Of a stretch of 64,000 nt of DNA, positions 1-15,000 are shown in pieces. Every line of letters begins with the position of its first letter. The first letter of the stretch is position 1. A program made the translations under genes and the position numbers. Source of the stretch: Pristiophorus japonicus (lineage: Eukaryota); assembly GCF_044704955.1 (NCBI RefSeq), contig NC_092010.1, forward strand, positions 38,626,001 through 38,690,000, written 5' to 3'. The notes under the pieces were generated by a model. It was not told the DNA's origin. It made no database searches and saw only the letters and a program-made list of their open reading frames with translations.

Positions 1-3000
1 CGGGGACTGTACATAGGCTGTGGGAGGGGATTAATTGGGTGGGTAGGGTCAGTGATAGGTGAGTGTATATGGGCTGTGGGAGGGGATTAAATGGGTGGGT
101 ACTGTCAGTGATAGGTGAGTGTACATGGGCTGTGGGAGGGGATTAATTGGGTGGGTAGGGTCAGTGATAGGTGAGTGTACATGGGCTGTGGGAGGGGATT
201 AATTGGGTGGGTAGGGTCAGTGATCGGGGAGTGTGTACATGGGCTGTGGGGGGGGATTAATTGGGTGGGTAGGGTCAGTGATAGGAGAGTGTAAATGGGC
301 TGTCGGAGGGGATTAAATGGGTGGGTAGAGTAAGTGATAGGGGAGTGCGTACATGTGCTGGGGGAGGGGATTAAATGCGTGTGTACAGTCAGTGATCGGG
401 GACTGTACATAGGCTGTGGGAGGGGATTAAATGGGTGGGTAGGGTCAGTGATACGGGATTGTGTACATGAGCTGGGGGGGGGGGGATTAAATGGCTGGGT
501 AGGGTCAGTGACATGGGAGTGTGTACATGTGCTGTGGGAGGTGATTAAATGGGTGGGTACCGTCAGTGATAGTGGAGTGTGTACATGGGCTGTGGGAGGG
601 GATTAAATGGGTGGGTAGGGTCAGTGATAGGGCAGTGTGTACATGGGCTGTGGGAGGGGATTAAATGGGTGGGTAGGGTCAGTGATAGGGGAGAGTGCAC
701 ATGGGCTGTGGGAGGGGATTAAATGGGTGGGTATAGTCAGTGATAGGGGAGTGTGCATGGGCTGTGGGAGGGGATTAAATGGGTGGGTAGAGTAAGTGAT
801 AGGGGAGAGTGTACATGGGCTGTGGGAGGCGATTAAATGGGTGGGTATAGTCAGTGATAGGGGAGTGTACATGGGCTGTGGGAGGGGATAAGTTGGGTGG
901 GTAGGGTCAGTGATAGGGGAGTGTAAATGGGCTGTGGGAGGGGATTAAATGGGTGGGTGGAGTCAGTGATCGGGGACTGTACATAGGCTGTGGGAGGGGA
1001 TTAAATGGGTGGGTAGTGTCAGTGATAGGGGAGTGTGTACATGGGCTGTGGGAGGGGATTAAATAGGTGGGTAGGGTCAGTGATAGGGGATTGTGTACAT
1101 GGGCTGTGGGAGGGGATTAAATGGGTGGGTAGGGTCAGTGATCGGGGAGTGTGTACATGGGCTGTGGGAGGTGATTAAATGGGTGGGTACTGTCAGTGAT
1201 AGGGGAGTGTGTACATGGGCTGTGGGAGGGGATTAAATGGGTGGGTAGGGTCAGTGATAGGGGAGTGTGTACATGGGCTGTGGGAGGGGATTAAATGGGT
1301 GGGTAGGGTCAGTGATAGGGGAGTGTGTACATGGGTTGTGGGAGGTGATTAAATGGGTGGGTATAGTCAGTGATAGGGGAGTGTATCTGGGCTGTGGGAG
1401 GCGATTAAATGGGTGGGTATAGACAGTGATGGGGGAGTGCACATGGGCTGTGGGAGGGGATTAAATGGGTGGGTAGGGTCAGTGATAGGTGAGTGTACAT
1501 GGGCTGTGCGAGGGGATTAAATGGGTGGGTATAGTCAGTGATAGGGGAGTGTACATGGGCTGTGGGAGGGGATTAAATGGGTGGGTAGGGTCAGTGATAG
1601 GGGAGAGTGCACATGGCCTGTGGGAGGGGATTAAATGGGTGGGTATCGTCAGTGATAGGGGAGTGTACATGGGCTGTGGGAGGGGATTAAATGGGTGGGT
1701 AGGGTCAGTGATAGGGGAGAGTGTGCATGGGCTGTGGGAGGCGATTAAATGGGTGGGTATAGTCAGTGATAGGGGAGTGTACATGGGCTGTGGGAGGGGA
1801 TTAATTGGGTGGGTAGGGTCAGTGATAGGAGAGTGTAAATGGGCTGTCGGAGGGGATTAAATGGGTGGGTAGAGTCAGTGATAGGGGAGTGTGTACATGT
1901 GCTGGGGGAGGGGATTAAATGGGTGGGTGCAGTCAGTGATCGGGGACTGTACATAGGCTGTGGGAGGGGATTAAATGGGTGGGTAGGGTCAGTGATAGGG
2001 GAGTGTGTACAGGGGCTGTGGGAGGTGATTAAATGGATGGGTACCGTCAGTGATAGGGGAGTGTGTACATGGGCTGTGGGAGGGGATTAAATGGGTGGGT
2101 AGGGTCAATGATAGGGGAGTGTGTACATGGGCTGTGGGAGGGGATTAAATGGGTGGGTAGGGTCAGTGATAGGGGAGTGTGTACATGGGCTGTGGGAGGT
2201 GATTAAATGGATGGGTAGGGTCAGTGATACGGGAGTGTGGACATGGGCTGTGGGAGGTGATTAAATGGGTGGGTATAGTCAGTGATGGGGGAGTGTACAT
2301 GGGCTGTGGGATGGGATTAAATGGGTGGGTAGGGTCAGTGATAGGTGAGTGTACATGGGCTGTGGGAGGGGATTAATTGGGTGGGTATAGTCAGTGATAG
2401 GGGAGTGTACATGGGCTGTGGGAGGCGATTAAATGGGTGGGTATAGTCAGTGATGGGGGAGTGTACATGGGCTGTGGGAGGGGATTAAATGGGTGGGTAG
2501 GGTCAGTGATAGGTGAGTGTACATGGGCTGTGCGAGGGGATTAAATGGGTGGGTATAGTCAGTGATAGGGGAGTGTACATGGGCTGTGGGAGGGGATTAA
2601 ATGGGTGGGTAGGGTCAGTGATAGGGGAGAGTGCACATGGGCTGTGGGAGAGGATTAAATGGGTGGGTATAGTCAGTGATAGGGGAGTGTACATGGGCTG
2701 TGGGAGGGGATTAAATGGGTGGGTAGGGTCAGTGATAGGGGAGAGTGTGCATGGGCTGTGGGAGGCGATTAAATGGGTGGGTATAGTCAGTGATAGGGGA
2801 GTGTACATGGGCTGTGGGAGGGGATTAATTGGGTGGGTAGGGTCAGTGATAGGAGAGTGTAAATGGGCTGTCGGAGGCGATTAAATGGGTGGGTAGAGTC
2901 AGTGATAGGGGAGTGTGTACATGTGCTGGGGGAGGGGATTAAATGGGTGGGTACAGTCAGTGATCGGGGACTGTACATAGGCTATGGGAGGGGATTAAAT

Positions 3001-6000
3001 GGGTGGGTAGGGTCAGTGATAGGGGATTGTGTACAGGGGCTGTGGGAGGGGATTAAATGGGTGGGTAGGGTCAGTGACAGGGGAGTGTGTACATGGGCTG
3101 TGGGAGGTGATTAAATGGGTGGGTACCGTCAGTGATAGGGGAGTGTGTACATGGGCTGTGGGAGGGGATTAAATGGGTGGGTAGGGTCAATGATAGGGGA
3201 GTGTGTACATGGGCTGTGGGAGGGGATTAAATGGGTGGATAGGGTCAGTGATAGGTGAGTGTGTACATGGGCTGTGGGAGGTGATTAAATGGATGGGCAG
3301 GGTCAGTGATACGGGAATGTAGACATGGGCTGTGGGAGGTGATTAAATGGGTGGGTATAGTCAGTGATGGGGGAGTGTACATGGGCTGTGGGACGGGATT
3401 AAATGGGTGGGTAGGGTCAGTGATAGGTGAGTGTACATGGGCTGTGGGAGGGGATTAATTGGGTGGGTATAGTCAGTGATAGGGGAGTGTACATTGGCTG
3501 TGGGAGGGGATTAATTGGGTGGGTAGGGTCAATGATAGGGGAGTGGAAATGGGCTGTGGGAGGGGATTAAATGGGTGGGTATAGTCAGTGATAGGGGAGT
3601 GTGTACATGTGCTGTGGGAGGGGATTAAATGGGTGGGTACAGTCAGTGATGGGGGAGTGTACATGGGCTGTGGGACGGGATTAAATGGGTGGGTAGGGTC
3701 AGTGATAGGTGAGTGTACATGGGCTGTGGGAGGGGATTAATTGGGTGGGTATAGTCAGTGATAGGGGAGTGTACATGGGCTGTGGGAGGGGATTAATTGG
3801 GTGGGTAGGGTCAATGATAGGGGAGTGGAAATGGGCTGTGGGAGGGGATTAAATGGGTGGGTATAGTCAGTGATAGGGGAGTGTGTACATGTGCTGTGGG
3901 AGGGGATTAAATGGGTGGGTACAGTCAGTGATCGGGGAGTGTACATAGGCTGTGGGAGGGGAAATAAATGGGTGAGTAGGGTCAGTGATAGGTGAGTGTA
4001 CATGGGCTGTGGGAGGGGATTAAATGGGTGGGTAGGGTCAGTGATACGGGAGTGTGTACATGGGATGTGGGAGGGGATTAAATGGGTGGGTAGGTTCAGT
4101 GATAGGGGAGAGTGTACATGGGCTGTGGGAGGGGATTAAATGGGTGGGTAGGGTCAGTGATAGGGGAGTGTGTACATGGGCTGTGGGAGGGGATTAAATG
4201 GTTGGGTCGGGTCAATGATAGTGGAGTGCACATGGGCTGTGGGAGGGGATTAAATAGGTGCGTAGGGTCAGTGATAGGGGAGAGTATACATGGGCTGTGG
4301 GAGGGGATTCAATGGGTGGTTAGGGTCAGTGATATGGAAGTGTACATTGTCTGTGGGAGGGGATTAAATGGGTGGGTAGGGTCAGTGATAGGGGAGAGTG
4401 CACATGGGCTGTGGGAGGGGATTAAATGGGTGGGTATAGTCAGTGATAGGGGAGTGTACATGGGCTGTGGGAGGGGATTAAATGGGTGGGTAGGGTCAGT
4501 GATAGGGGAGAGTGTACATGGGCTTTGGGAGGGGATTAAATAGGTGGGTAGGGTCAGTGATAGGAGATTGTGTACATGGGCTGTGGGAGGGGATTAAATG
4601 GGTGGGTAGGGTCAGTGATAGGGGAGAGTGTGTATGGGCTGTGGGAGGCGATTAAATGGGTGGGTATAGTCAGTGATAGGGGAGTGTACATGGGCTGTGG
4701 GAGGGGATTAATTGGGTGGGTAGGGTCAGTGATAGGAGAGTGTAAATGGGCTGTCGGAGGGGATTAAATGGGTGGGTAGAGTCAGTGATAGGGGAGTGTG
4801 TACATGTGCTGGGGGAGGGGATTAAATGGGTGGGTGCAGTCAGTGATCGGGGACTGTACATAGGCTGTGGGAGGGGATTAAATGGGTGGGTAGGGTCAGT
4901 GATAGGGGAGTGTGTACAGGGGCTGTGGGAGGTGATTAAATGGGTGGGTACCGTCAGTGATAGGGGAGTGTGTACATGGGCTGTGGGAGGGGATTAAATG
5001 GGTGGGTAGGGTCAATGATAGGGGAGTGTGTACATGGGCTGTGGGAGGGGATTAAATGGGTGGGTAGGGTCAGTGATAGGGGTGTGTGTACATGGGCTGT
5101 GGGAGGTGATTAAATGGATGGGTAGGGTCAGTGATACGGGAGTGTGGACATGGGCTGTGGGAGGTGATTAAATGGGTGGGTATAGTCAGTGATGGGGGAG
5201 TGTACATGGGCTGTGGGACGGGATTAAATGGGTGGGTAGGGTCAGTGATAGGTGAGTGTACATGGGCTGTGGGAGGGGATTAATTGGGTGGGTATAGTCA
5301 GTGATAGGGGAGTGTACATGGGCTGTGGGAGGGGATTAATTGGGTGGGTAGGGTCAATGATAGGGGACTGGAAATGGGCTGTGGGAGGGGATTAAATGGG
5401 TGGGTAGAGTCAGTGATAGGGGAGTGTGTACATGTGCTGGGGGAGGGGATTAAATGGGTGGGTGCAGTCAGTGATCGGGGACTGTACATAGGCTGTGGGA
5501 GGGGATTAAATGGGTGGGTAGGGTCAGTGATAGGGGAGTGTGTACAGGGGCTGTGGGAGGTGATTAAATGGATGGGTACCGTCAGTGATAGGGGAGTGTG
5601 TACATGGGCTGTGGGAGGGGATTAAATGGGTGGGTAGGGTCAATGATAGGGGAGTGTGTACATGGGCTGTGGGAGGGGATTAAATGGGTGGGTAGGGTCA
5701 GTGATAGGGGAGTGTGTACATGGGCTGTGGGAGGTGATTAAATGGATGGGTAGGGTCAGTGATACGGGAGTGTGGACATGGGCTGTGGGAGGTGATTAAA
5801 TGGGTGGGTATAGTCAGTGATGGGGGAGTGTACATGGGCTGTGGGATGGGATTAAATGGGTGGGTAGGGTCAGTGATAGGTGAGTGTACATGGGCTGTGG
5901 GAGGGGATTAATTGGGTGGGTATAGTCAGTGATAGGGGAGTGTACATGGGCTGTGGGAGGCGATTAAATGGGTGGGTATAGTCAGTGATGGGGGAGTGTA

Positions 6001-9000
6001 CATGGGCTGTGGGAGGGGATTAAATGGGTGGGTAGGGTCAGTGATAGGTGAGTGTACATGGGCTGTGCGAGGGGATTAAATGGGTGGGTATAGTCAGTGA
6101 TAGGGGAGTGTACATGGGCTGTGGGAGGGGATTAAATGGGTGGGTAGGGTCAGTGATAGGGGAGAGTGCACATGGGCTGTGGGAGAGGATTAAATGGGTG
6201 GGTATAGTCAGTGATAGGGGAGTGTACATGGGCTGTGGGAGGGGATTAAATGGGTGGGTAGGGTCAGTGATAGGGGAGAGTGTGCATGGGCTGTGGGAGG
6301 CGATTAAATGGGTGGGTATAGTCAGTGATAGGGGAGTGTACATGGGCTGTGGGAGGGGATTAATTGGGTGGGTAGGGTCAGTGATAGGAGAGTGTAAATG
6401 GGCTGTCGGAGGCGATTAAATGGGTGGGTAGAGTCAGTGATAGGGGAGTGTGTACATGTGCTGGGGGAGGGGATTAAATGGGTGGGTACAGTCAGTGATC
6501 GGGGACTGTACATAGGCTATGGGAGGGGATTAAATGGGTGGGTAGGGTCAGTGATAGGGGATTGTGTACAGGGGCTGTGGGAGGGGATTAAATGGGTGGG
6601 TAGGGTCAGTGACAGGGGAGTGTGTACATGGGCTGTGGGAGGTGATTAAATGGGTGGGTACCGTCAGTGATAGGGGAGTGTGTACATGGGCTGTGGGAGG
6701 GGATTAAATGGGTGGGTAGGGTCAATGATAGGGGAGTGTGTACATGGGCTGTGGGAGGGGATTAAATGGGTGGATAGGGTCAGTGATAGGTGAGTGTGTA
6801 CATGGGCTGTGGGAGGTGATTAAATGGATGGGCAGGGTCAGTGATACGGGAATGTAGACATGGGCTGTGGGAGGTGATTAAATGGGTGGGTATAGTCAGT
6901 GATGGGGGAGTGTACATGGGCTGTGGGACGGGATTAAATGGGTGGGTAGGGTCAGTGATAGGTGAGTGTACATGGGCTGTGGGAGGGGATTAATTGGGTG
7001 GGTATAGTCAGTGATAGGGGAGTGTACATTGGCTGTGGGAGGGGATTAATTGGGTGGGTAGGGTCAATGATAGGGGAGTGGAAATGGGCTGTGGGAGGGG
7101 ATTAAATGGGTGGGTATAGTCAGTGATAGGGGAGTGTGTACATGTGCTGTGGGAGGGGATTAAATGGGTGGGTACAGTCAGTGATGGGGGAGTGTACATG
7201 GGCTGTGGGACGGGATTAAATGGGTGGGTAGGGTCAGTGATAGGTGAGTGTACATGGGCTGTGGGAGGGGATTAATTGGGTGGGTATAGTCAGTGATAGG
7301 GGAGTGTACATGGACTGTGGGAGGGGATTAATTGGGTGGGTAGGGTCAATGATAGGGGAGTGGAAATGGGCTGTGGGAGGGGATTAAATGGGTGGGTATA
7401 GTCAGTGATAGGGGAGTGTGTACATGTGCTGTGGGAGGGGATTAAATGGGTGGGTACAGTCAGTGATCGGGGAGTGTACATAGGCTGTGGGAGGGGAAAT
7501 AAATGGGTGAGTAGGGTCAGTGATAGGTGAGTGTACATGGGCTGTGGGAGGGGATTAAATGGGTGGGTAGGGTCAGTGATACGGGAGTGTGTACATGGGA
7601 TGTGGGAGGGGATTAAATGGGTGGGTAGGTTCAGTGATAGGGGAGAGTGTACATGGGCTGTGGGAGGGGATTAAATGGGTGGGTAGGGTCAGTGATAGGG
7701 GAGTGTGTACATGGGCTGTGGGAGGGGATTAAATGGTTGGGTCGGGTCAATGATAGTGGAGTGCACATGGGCTGTGGGAGGGGATTAAATAGGTGCGTAG
7801 GGTCAGTGATAGGGGAGAGTATACATGGGCTGTGGGAGGGGATTCAATGGGTGGTTAGGGTCAGTGATATGGAAGTGTACATTGTCTGTGGGAGGGGATT
7901 AAATGGGTGGGTAGGGTCAGTGATAGGGGAGAGTGCACATGGGCTGTGGGAGGGGATTAAATGGGTGGGTATAGTCAGTGATAGGGGAGTGTACATGGGC
8001 TGTGGGAGGGGATTAAATGGGTGGGTAGGGTCAGTGATAGGGGAGAGTGTACATGGGCTTTGGGAGGGGATTAAATAGGTGGGTAGGGTCAGTGATAGGA
8101 GATTGTGTACATGGGCTGTGGGAGGGGATTAAATGGGTGGGTAGGGTCAGTGATAGGGGAGAGTGTGTATGGGCTGTGGGAGGCGATTAAATGGGTGGGT
8201 ATAGTCAGTGATAGGGGAGTGTACATGGGCTGTGGGAGGGGATTAATTGGGTGGGTAGGGTCAGTGATAGGAGAGTGTAAATGGGCTGTCGGAGGGGATT
8301 AAATGGGTGGGTAGAGTCAGTGATAGGGGAGTGTGTACATGTGCTGGGGGAGGGGATTAAATGGGTGGGTGCAGTCAGTGATCGGGGACTGTACATAGGC
8401 TGTGGGAGGGGATTAAATGGGTGGGTAGGGTCAGTGATAGGGGAGTGTGTACAGGGGCTGTGGGAGGTGATTAAATGGGTGGGTACCGTCAGTGATAGGG
8501 GAGTGTGTACATGGGCTGTGGGAGGGGATTAAATGGGTGGGTAGGGTCAATGATAGGGGAGTGTGTACATGGGCTGTGGGAGGGGATTAAATGGGTGGGT
8601 AGGGTCAGTGATAGGGGTGTGTGTACATGGGCTGTGGGAGGTGATTAAATGGGTGGGTATAGTCAGTGATGGGGGAGTGTACATGGGCTGTGGGACGGGA
8701 TTAAATGGGTGGGTAGGGTCAGTGATAGGTGAGTGTACATGGGCTGTGGGAGGGGATTAATTGGGTGGGTATAGTCAGTGATAGGGGAGTGTACATGGGC
8801 TGTGGGAGGGGATTAATTGGGTGGGTAGGGTCAATGATAGGGGACTGGAAATGGGCTGTGGGAGGGGATTAAATGGGTGGGTATAGTCAGTGATAGGGGA
8901 GTGTGTACATGTGCTGTGGGAGGGGATTAAATGGGTGGGTACAGTCAGTGATCGGGGAGTGTACATAGGCTGTGGGAGGGGAAATAAATGGGTGGGTCGG

Positions 9001-12000
9001 GTCAGTGATAGGTGAGTGTCCATGGGCTGTGGGAGGGGATTTAATGGGTGGGTAGGGTCAGTGATAGGGGAGTGTGTACATGGGATGTGGGAGGGGATTA
9101 AATGGGTGGGTAGGGTCAGTGATAGGGGAGAGTGTGCATGGGCTGTGGGAGGCAATTAAATGGGTGGGTACAGTCAGTGATCGGGGACTGTACATAGGCT
9201 ATGGGAGGGGATTAAATGGGTGGGTAGGGTCAGTGATAGGGGATTGTGTACAGGGGCTGTGGGAGGGGATTAAATGGGTGGGTAGGGTCAGTGACAGGGG
9301 AGTGTGTACATGGGCTGTGGGAGGTGATTAAATGGGTGGGTACCGTCAGTGATAGGGGAGTGTGTACATGGGCTGTGGGAGGGGATTAAATGGGTGGATA
9401 GGGTCAGTGATAGGTGAGTGTGTACATGGGCTGTGGGAGGTGATTAAATGGATGGGCAGGGTCAGTGATACGGGAATGTAGACATGGGCTGTGGGAGGTG
9501 ATTAAATGGGTGGGTATAGTCAGTGATGGGGGAGTGTACATGGGCTGTGGGACGGGATTAAATGGGTGGGTAGGGTCAGTGATAGGTGAGTGTACATGGG
9601 CTGTGGGAGGGGATTAATTGGGTGGGTATAGTCAGTGATAGGGGAGTGTACATGGGCTGTGGGAGGGGATTAATTGGGTTGGTAGGGTCAATGATAGGGG
9701 AGTGGAAATGGGCTGTGGGAGGGGATTAAATGGGTGGGTATAGTCAGTGATAGGGGAGTGTGTACATGTGCTGTGGGAGGGGATTAAATGGGTGGGTACA
9801 GTCAGTGATCGGGGAGTGTACATAGGCTGTGGGAGGGGAAATAAATGGGTGAGTAGGGTCAGTGATAGGTGAGTGTACATGGGCTGTGGGAGGGGATTAA
9901 ATGGGTGGGTAGGGTCAGTGATACGGGAGTGTGTACATGGGATGTGGGAGGGGATTAAATGGGTGGGTAGGGTCAGTGATAGGGGAGAGTGTACATGGGC
10001 TGTGGGAGGGGATTAAATGGGTGGGTAGGGTCAGTGATAGGGGAGTGTGTACATGGGCTGTGGGAGGGGATTAAATGGTTGGGTAGGGTCAGTGATAGTG
10101 GAGTGCACATGGGCTGTGGGAGGGGATTAAATAGGTGCGTAGGGTCAGTGATAGGGGAGAGTATACATGGGCTGTGGGAGGGGATTCAATGGGTGGTTAG
10201 GGTCAGTGATATGGAAGTGTACATTGTCTGTGGGAGGGGATTAAATGGGTGGGTAGGTTCAGTGATAGGGGAGAGTGCACATGGGCTGTGGGAGGGGATT
10301 AAATGGGTGGGTATAGTCAGTGATAGGGGAGTGTACATGGGCTGTGGGAGGGGATTAAATGGGTGGGTAGGGTCAGTGATAGGGGAGAGTGTACATGGGC
10401 TTTGGGAGGGGATTAAATAGGTGGGTAGGGTCAGTGATAGGGGATTGTGTACATGGGCTGTGGGAGGGGATTAAATGGGTGGGTAGGGTCAGTGATCGGG
10501 GAGTGTGTACATGGGCTGTGGGAGGGGATTAAATGGGTGGGTAGGGTCAGTGATATGTGAGTGTACATGGGCTGTGGGAGGGGATTAAATGGGTGGGTAT
10601 AGTCAGTGATAGGGAAATGTGCACGTGGGCTGTGGGAGGGGATTAAATGGGTGGGTAGGGTCAGTGATAGGTGAGTGTACATGGGCTGTGGGAGGAGAGT
10701 AAATGAGTGGGTAGGGTCAGTGATAGGGGAGTGTGTACATGGGCTGTGGGAGGGGATTAAATGGGTGGGTAGGGTCAGTGATAGGGGAGAGTGCACATGG
10801 GCTGTGGGAGGGGATTAAATGGGTGGGTATAGTCAGTGATAGGGGAGTGTGTACGTGGGCTGTGGGAGGGGATTAAATGGGTGGGTAGGGTCAGTGATGG
10901 GGAGTGTGTACATGGGCTGTGGGAGGGGATTAAATGGGTGGGTATAGTCAGTGATAGCGGAGAGTGTACATGGGCTGTGGGAGGGGAGTAAATGAGTGGG
11001 TAGGGTCAGTGATAGGGGAGTGTGTACATGGGCTGTGGGAGGGGATTAAATGGGTGGGTAGGGTCAGTGACAGGGGAGTGTGTACATGGGCTGTGGGAGG
11101 GGATTAAATGGGTGGGTAGGGTCAGTGATAGGGGAGTGTACATGGGCTGTGGGAGGGGATTAAATGGCTGGGTAGGGTCAGTGATCGGGGAGTGTGTACA
11201 TGGGCTGTGGGAGGGGATTAAATGGGTGGGTAGGGTCAGTGATATGTGAGTGTACATGGGCTGTGGGAGGGGATTAAATGGGTGGGTATAGTCAGTGATA
11301 GGGGAGTGTGCACGTGGGCTGTGGGAGGGGATTAAATGGGTGGGTAGGGTCAGTGATAGGTGAGTGTACATGGGCTGTGGGAGGAGAGTAAATGAGTGGG
11401 TAGGGTCAGTGATAGGGGAGTGTGTACATGGGCTGTGGGAGGTGATTAAATGGGTGGGTAGGGTCAGTGATAGGGGAGTGTGTACATGGGCTGTGGGAGG
11501 GGAATAAATGGGTGGGTAGGGTCAGTGATGGGGAGTGTGTACATGGGCTGTGGGAGGGGATTAAATGGGTGGGTATAGTCAGTGATAGCGGAGAGTGTAC
11601 ATGGGCTGTGGGAGGGGAGTAAATGAGTGGGTAGGGTCAGTGATAGGGGAGTGTGTACATGGGCTGTGGGAGGGGATTAAATGGGTGGGTAGGGTCAGTG
11701 ATAGTGGAGTGTACATGGGCTGTGGGAGGGGATTAAATGGGTGGGTAGGGTCAGTTATACGGGAGAGTGTACATGGGCTGTGGGAGGGGATTAAATGGGT
11801 GGGTAGGGTCAGTGATAGGGAAGTGTCCATTGGCAGTGGGAGGGGATTAAATGGGTGGGTAGGGTCAGTGATAGGGGAGAGTGCACATGGGCTGTGGGAG
11901 GGGATTAAATGGGTGGGTATAGTCAGTGATAGGGGAGTGTGTACATGTGCTGGGGGAGGGGATTAAATGGGTGGGTGCAGTCAGTGATCGGGGACTGTAC

Positions 12001-15000
12001 ATAGGCTGTGGGAGGGGATTAAATGGGTGGGTAGGGTCAGTGATAGGGGAGTGTGTACAGGGGCTGTGGGAGGTGATTAAATGGGTGGGTACCGTCAGTG
12101 ATAGGGGAGTGTGTACATGGGCTGTGGGAGGGGATTAAATGGGTGGGTAGGGTCAATGATAGGGGAGTGTGTACATGGGCTGTGGGAGGGGATTAAATGG
12201 GTGGGTAGGGTCAATGATAGGGGAGTGTGTACATGGGCTGTGGGAGGGGATTAAATGGGTGGGTAGGGTCAGTGATAGGGGTGTGTGTACATGGGCTGTG
12301 GGAGGTGATTAAATGGATGGGTAGGGTCAGTGATACGGGAGTGTGGACATGGGCTGTGGGAGGTGATTAAATGGGTGGGTATAGTCAGTGATGGGGGAGT
12401 GTACATGGGCTGTGGGACGGGATTAAATGGGTGGGTAGGGTCAGTGATAGGTGAGTGTACATGGGCTGTGGGAGGGGATTAATTGGGTGGGTATAGTCAG
12501 TGATAGGGGAGTGTACATGGGCTGTGGGAGGGGATTAATTGGGTGGGTAGGGTCAATGATAGGGGACTGGAAATGGGCTGTGGGAGGGGATTAAATGGGT
12601 GGGTATAGTCAGTGATAGGGGAGTGTGTACATGTGCTGTGGGAGGGGATTAAATGGGTGGGTACAGTCAGTGATCGGGGAGTGTACATAGGCTGTGGGAG
12701 GGGAAATAAATGGGTGGGTCGGGTCAGTGATAGGTGAGTGTCCATGGGCTGTGGGAGGGGATTTAATGGGTGGGTAGGGTCAGTGATAGGGGAGTGTGTA
12801 CATGGGATGTGGGAGGGGATTAAATGGGTGGGTAGGGTCAGTGATAGGGGAGAGTGTGCATGGGCTGTGGGAGGCAATTAAATGGGTGGGTACAGTCAGT
12901 GATCGGGGACTGTACATAGGCTATGGGAGGGGATTAAATGGGTGGGTAGGGTCAGTGATAGGGGATTGTGTACAGGGGCTGTGGGAGGGGATTAAATGGG
13001 TGGGTAGGGTCAGTGACAGGGGAGTGTGTACATGGGCTGTGGGAGGTGATTAAATGGGTGGGTACCGTCAGTGATAGGGGAGTGTGTACATGGGCTGTGG
13101 GAGGGGATTAAATGGGTGGATAGGGTCAGTGATAGGTGAGTGTGTACATGGGCTGTGGGAGGTGATTAAATGGATGGGCAGGGTCAGTGATACGGGAATG
13201 TAGACATGGGCTGTGGGAGGTGATTAAATGGGTGGGTATAGTCAGTGATGGGGGAGTGTACATGGGCTGTGGGACGGGATTAAATGGGTGGGTAGGGTCA
13301 GTGATAGGTGAGTGTACATGGGCTGTGGGAGGGGATTAATTGGGTGGGTATAGTCAGTGATAGGGGAGTGTACATGGGCTGTGGGAGGGGATTAATTGGG
13401 TTGGTAGGGTCAATGATAGGGGAGTGGAAATGGGCTGTGGGAGGGGATTAAATGGGTGGGTATAGTCAGTGATAGGGGAGTGTGTACATGTGCTGTGGGA
13501 GGGGATTAAATGGGTGGGTACAGTCAGTGATCGGGGAGTGTACATAGGCTGTGGGAGGGGAAATAAATGGGTGAGTAGGGTCAGTGATAGGTGAGTGTAC
13601 ATGGGCTGTGGGAGGGGATTAAATGGGTGGGTAGGGTCAGTGATACGGGAGTGTGTACATGGGATGTGGGAGGGGATTAAATGGGTGGGTAGGGTCAGTG
13701 ATAGGGGAGAGTGTACATGGGCTGTGGGAGGGGATTAAATGGGTGGGTAGGGTCAGTGATAGGGGAGTGTGTACATGGGCTGTGGGAGGGGATTAAATGG
13801 TTGGGTAGGGTCAGTGATAGTGGAGTGCACATGGGCTGTGGGAGGGGATTAAATAGGTGCGTAGGGTCAGTGATAGGGGAGAGTATACATGGGCTGTGGG
13901 AGGGGATTCAATGGGTGGTTAGGGTCAGTGATATGGAAGTGTACATTGTCTGTGGGAGGGGATTAAATGGGTGGGTAGGGTCAGTGATAGGGGAGAGTGC
14001 ACATGGGCTGTGGGAGGGGATTAAATGGGTGGGTATAGTCAGTGATAGGGGAGTGTACATGGGCTGTGGGAGGGGATTAAATGGGTGGGTAGGGTCAGTG
14101 ATAGGGGAGAGTGTACATGGGCTTTGGGAGGGGATTAAATAGGTGGGTAGGGTCAGTGATAGGGGATTGTGTACATGGGCTGTGGGAGGGGATTAAATGG
14201 GTGGGTAGGGTCAGTGATCGGGGAGTGTGTACATGGGCTGTGGGAGGGGATTAAATGGGTGGGTAGGGTCAGTGATATGTGAGTGTACATGGGCTGTGGG
14301 AGGGGATTAAATGGGTGGGTATAGTCAGTGATAGGGAAATGTGCACGTGGGCTGTGGGAGGGGATTAAATGGGTGGGTAGGGTCAGTGATAGGTGAGTGT
14401 ACATGGGCTGTGGGAGGAGAGTAAATGAGTGGGTAGGGTCAGTGATAGGGGAGTGTGTACATGGGCTGTGGGAGGGGATTAAATGGGTGGGTAGGGTCAG
14501 TGATAGGGGAGAGTGCACATGGGCTGTGGGAGGGGATTAAATGGGTGGGTATAGTCAGTGATAGGGGAGTGTGTACGTGGGCTGTGGGAGGGGATTAAAT
14601 GGGTGGGTAGGGTCAGTGATGGGGAGTGTGTACATGGGCTGTGGGAGGGGATTAAATGGGTGGGTATAGTCAGTGATAGCGGAGAGTGTACATGGGCTGT
14701 GGGAGGGGAGTAAATGAGTGGGTAGGGTCAGTGATAGGGGAGTGTGTACATGGGCTGTGGGAGGGGATTAAATGGGTGGGTAGGGTCAGTGACAGGGGAG
14801 TGTGTACATGGGCTGTGGGAGGGGATTAAATGGGTGGGTAGGGTCAGTGATAGGGGAGTGTACATGGGCTGTGGGAGGGGATTAAATGGCTGGGTAGGGT
14901 CAGTGATCGGGGAGTGTGTACATGGGCTGTGGGAGGGGATTAAATGGGTGGGTAGGGTCAGTGATATGTGAGTGTACATGGGCTGTGGGAGGGGATTAAA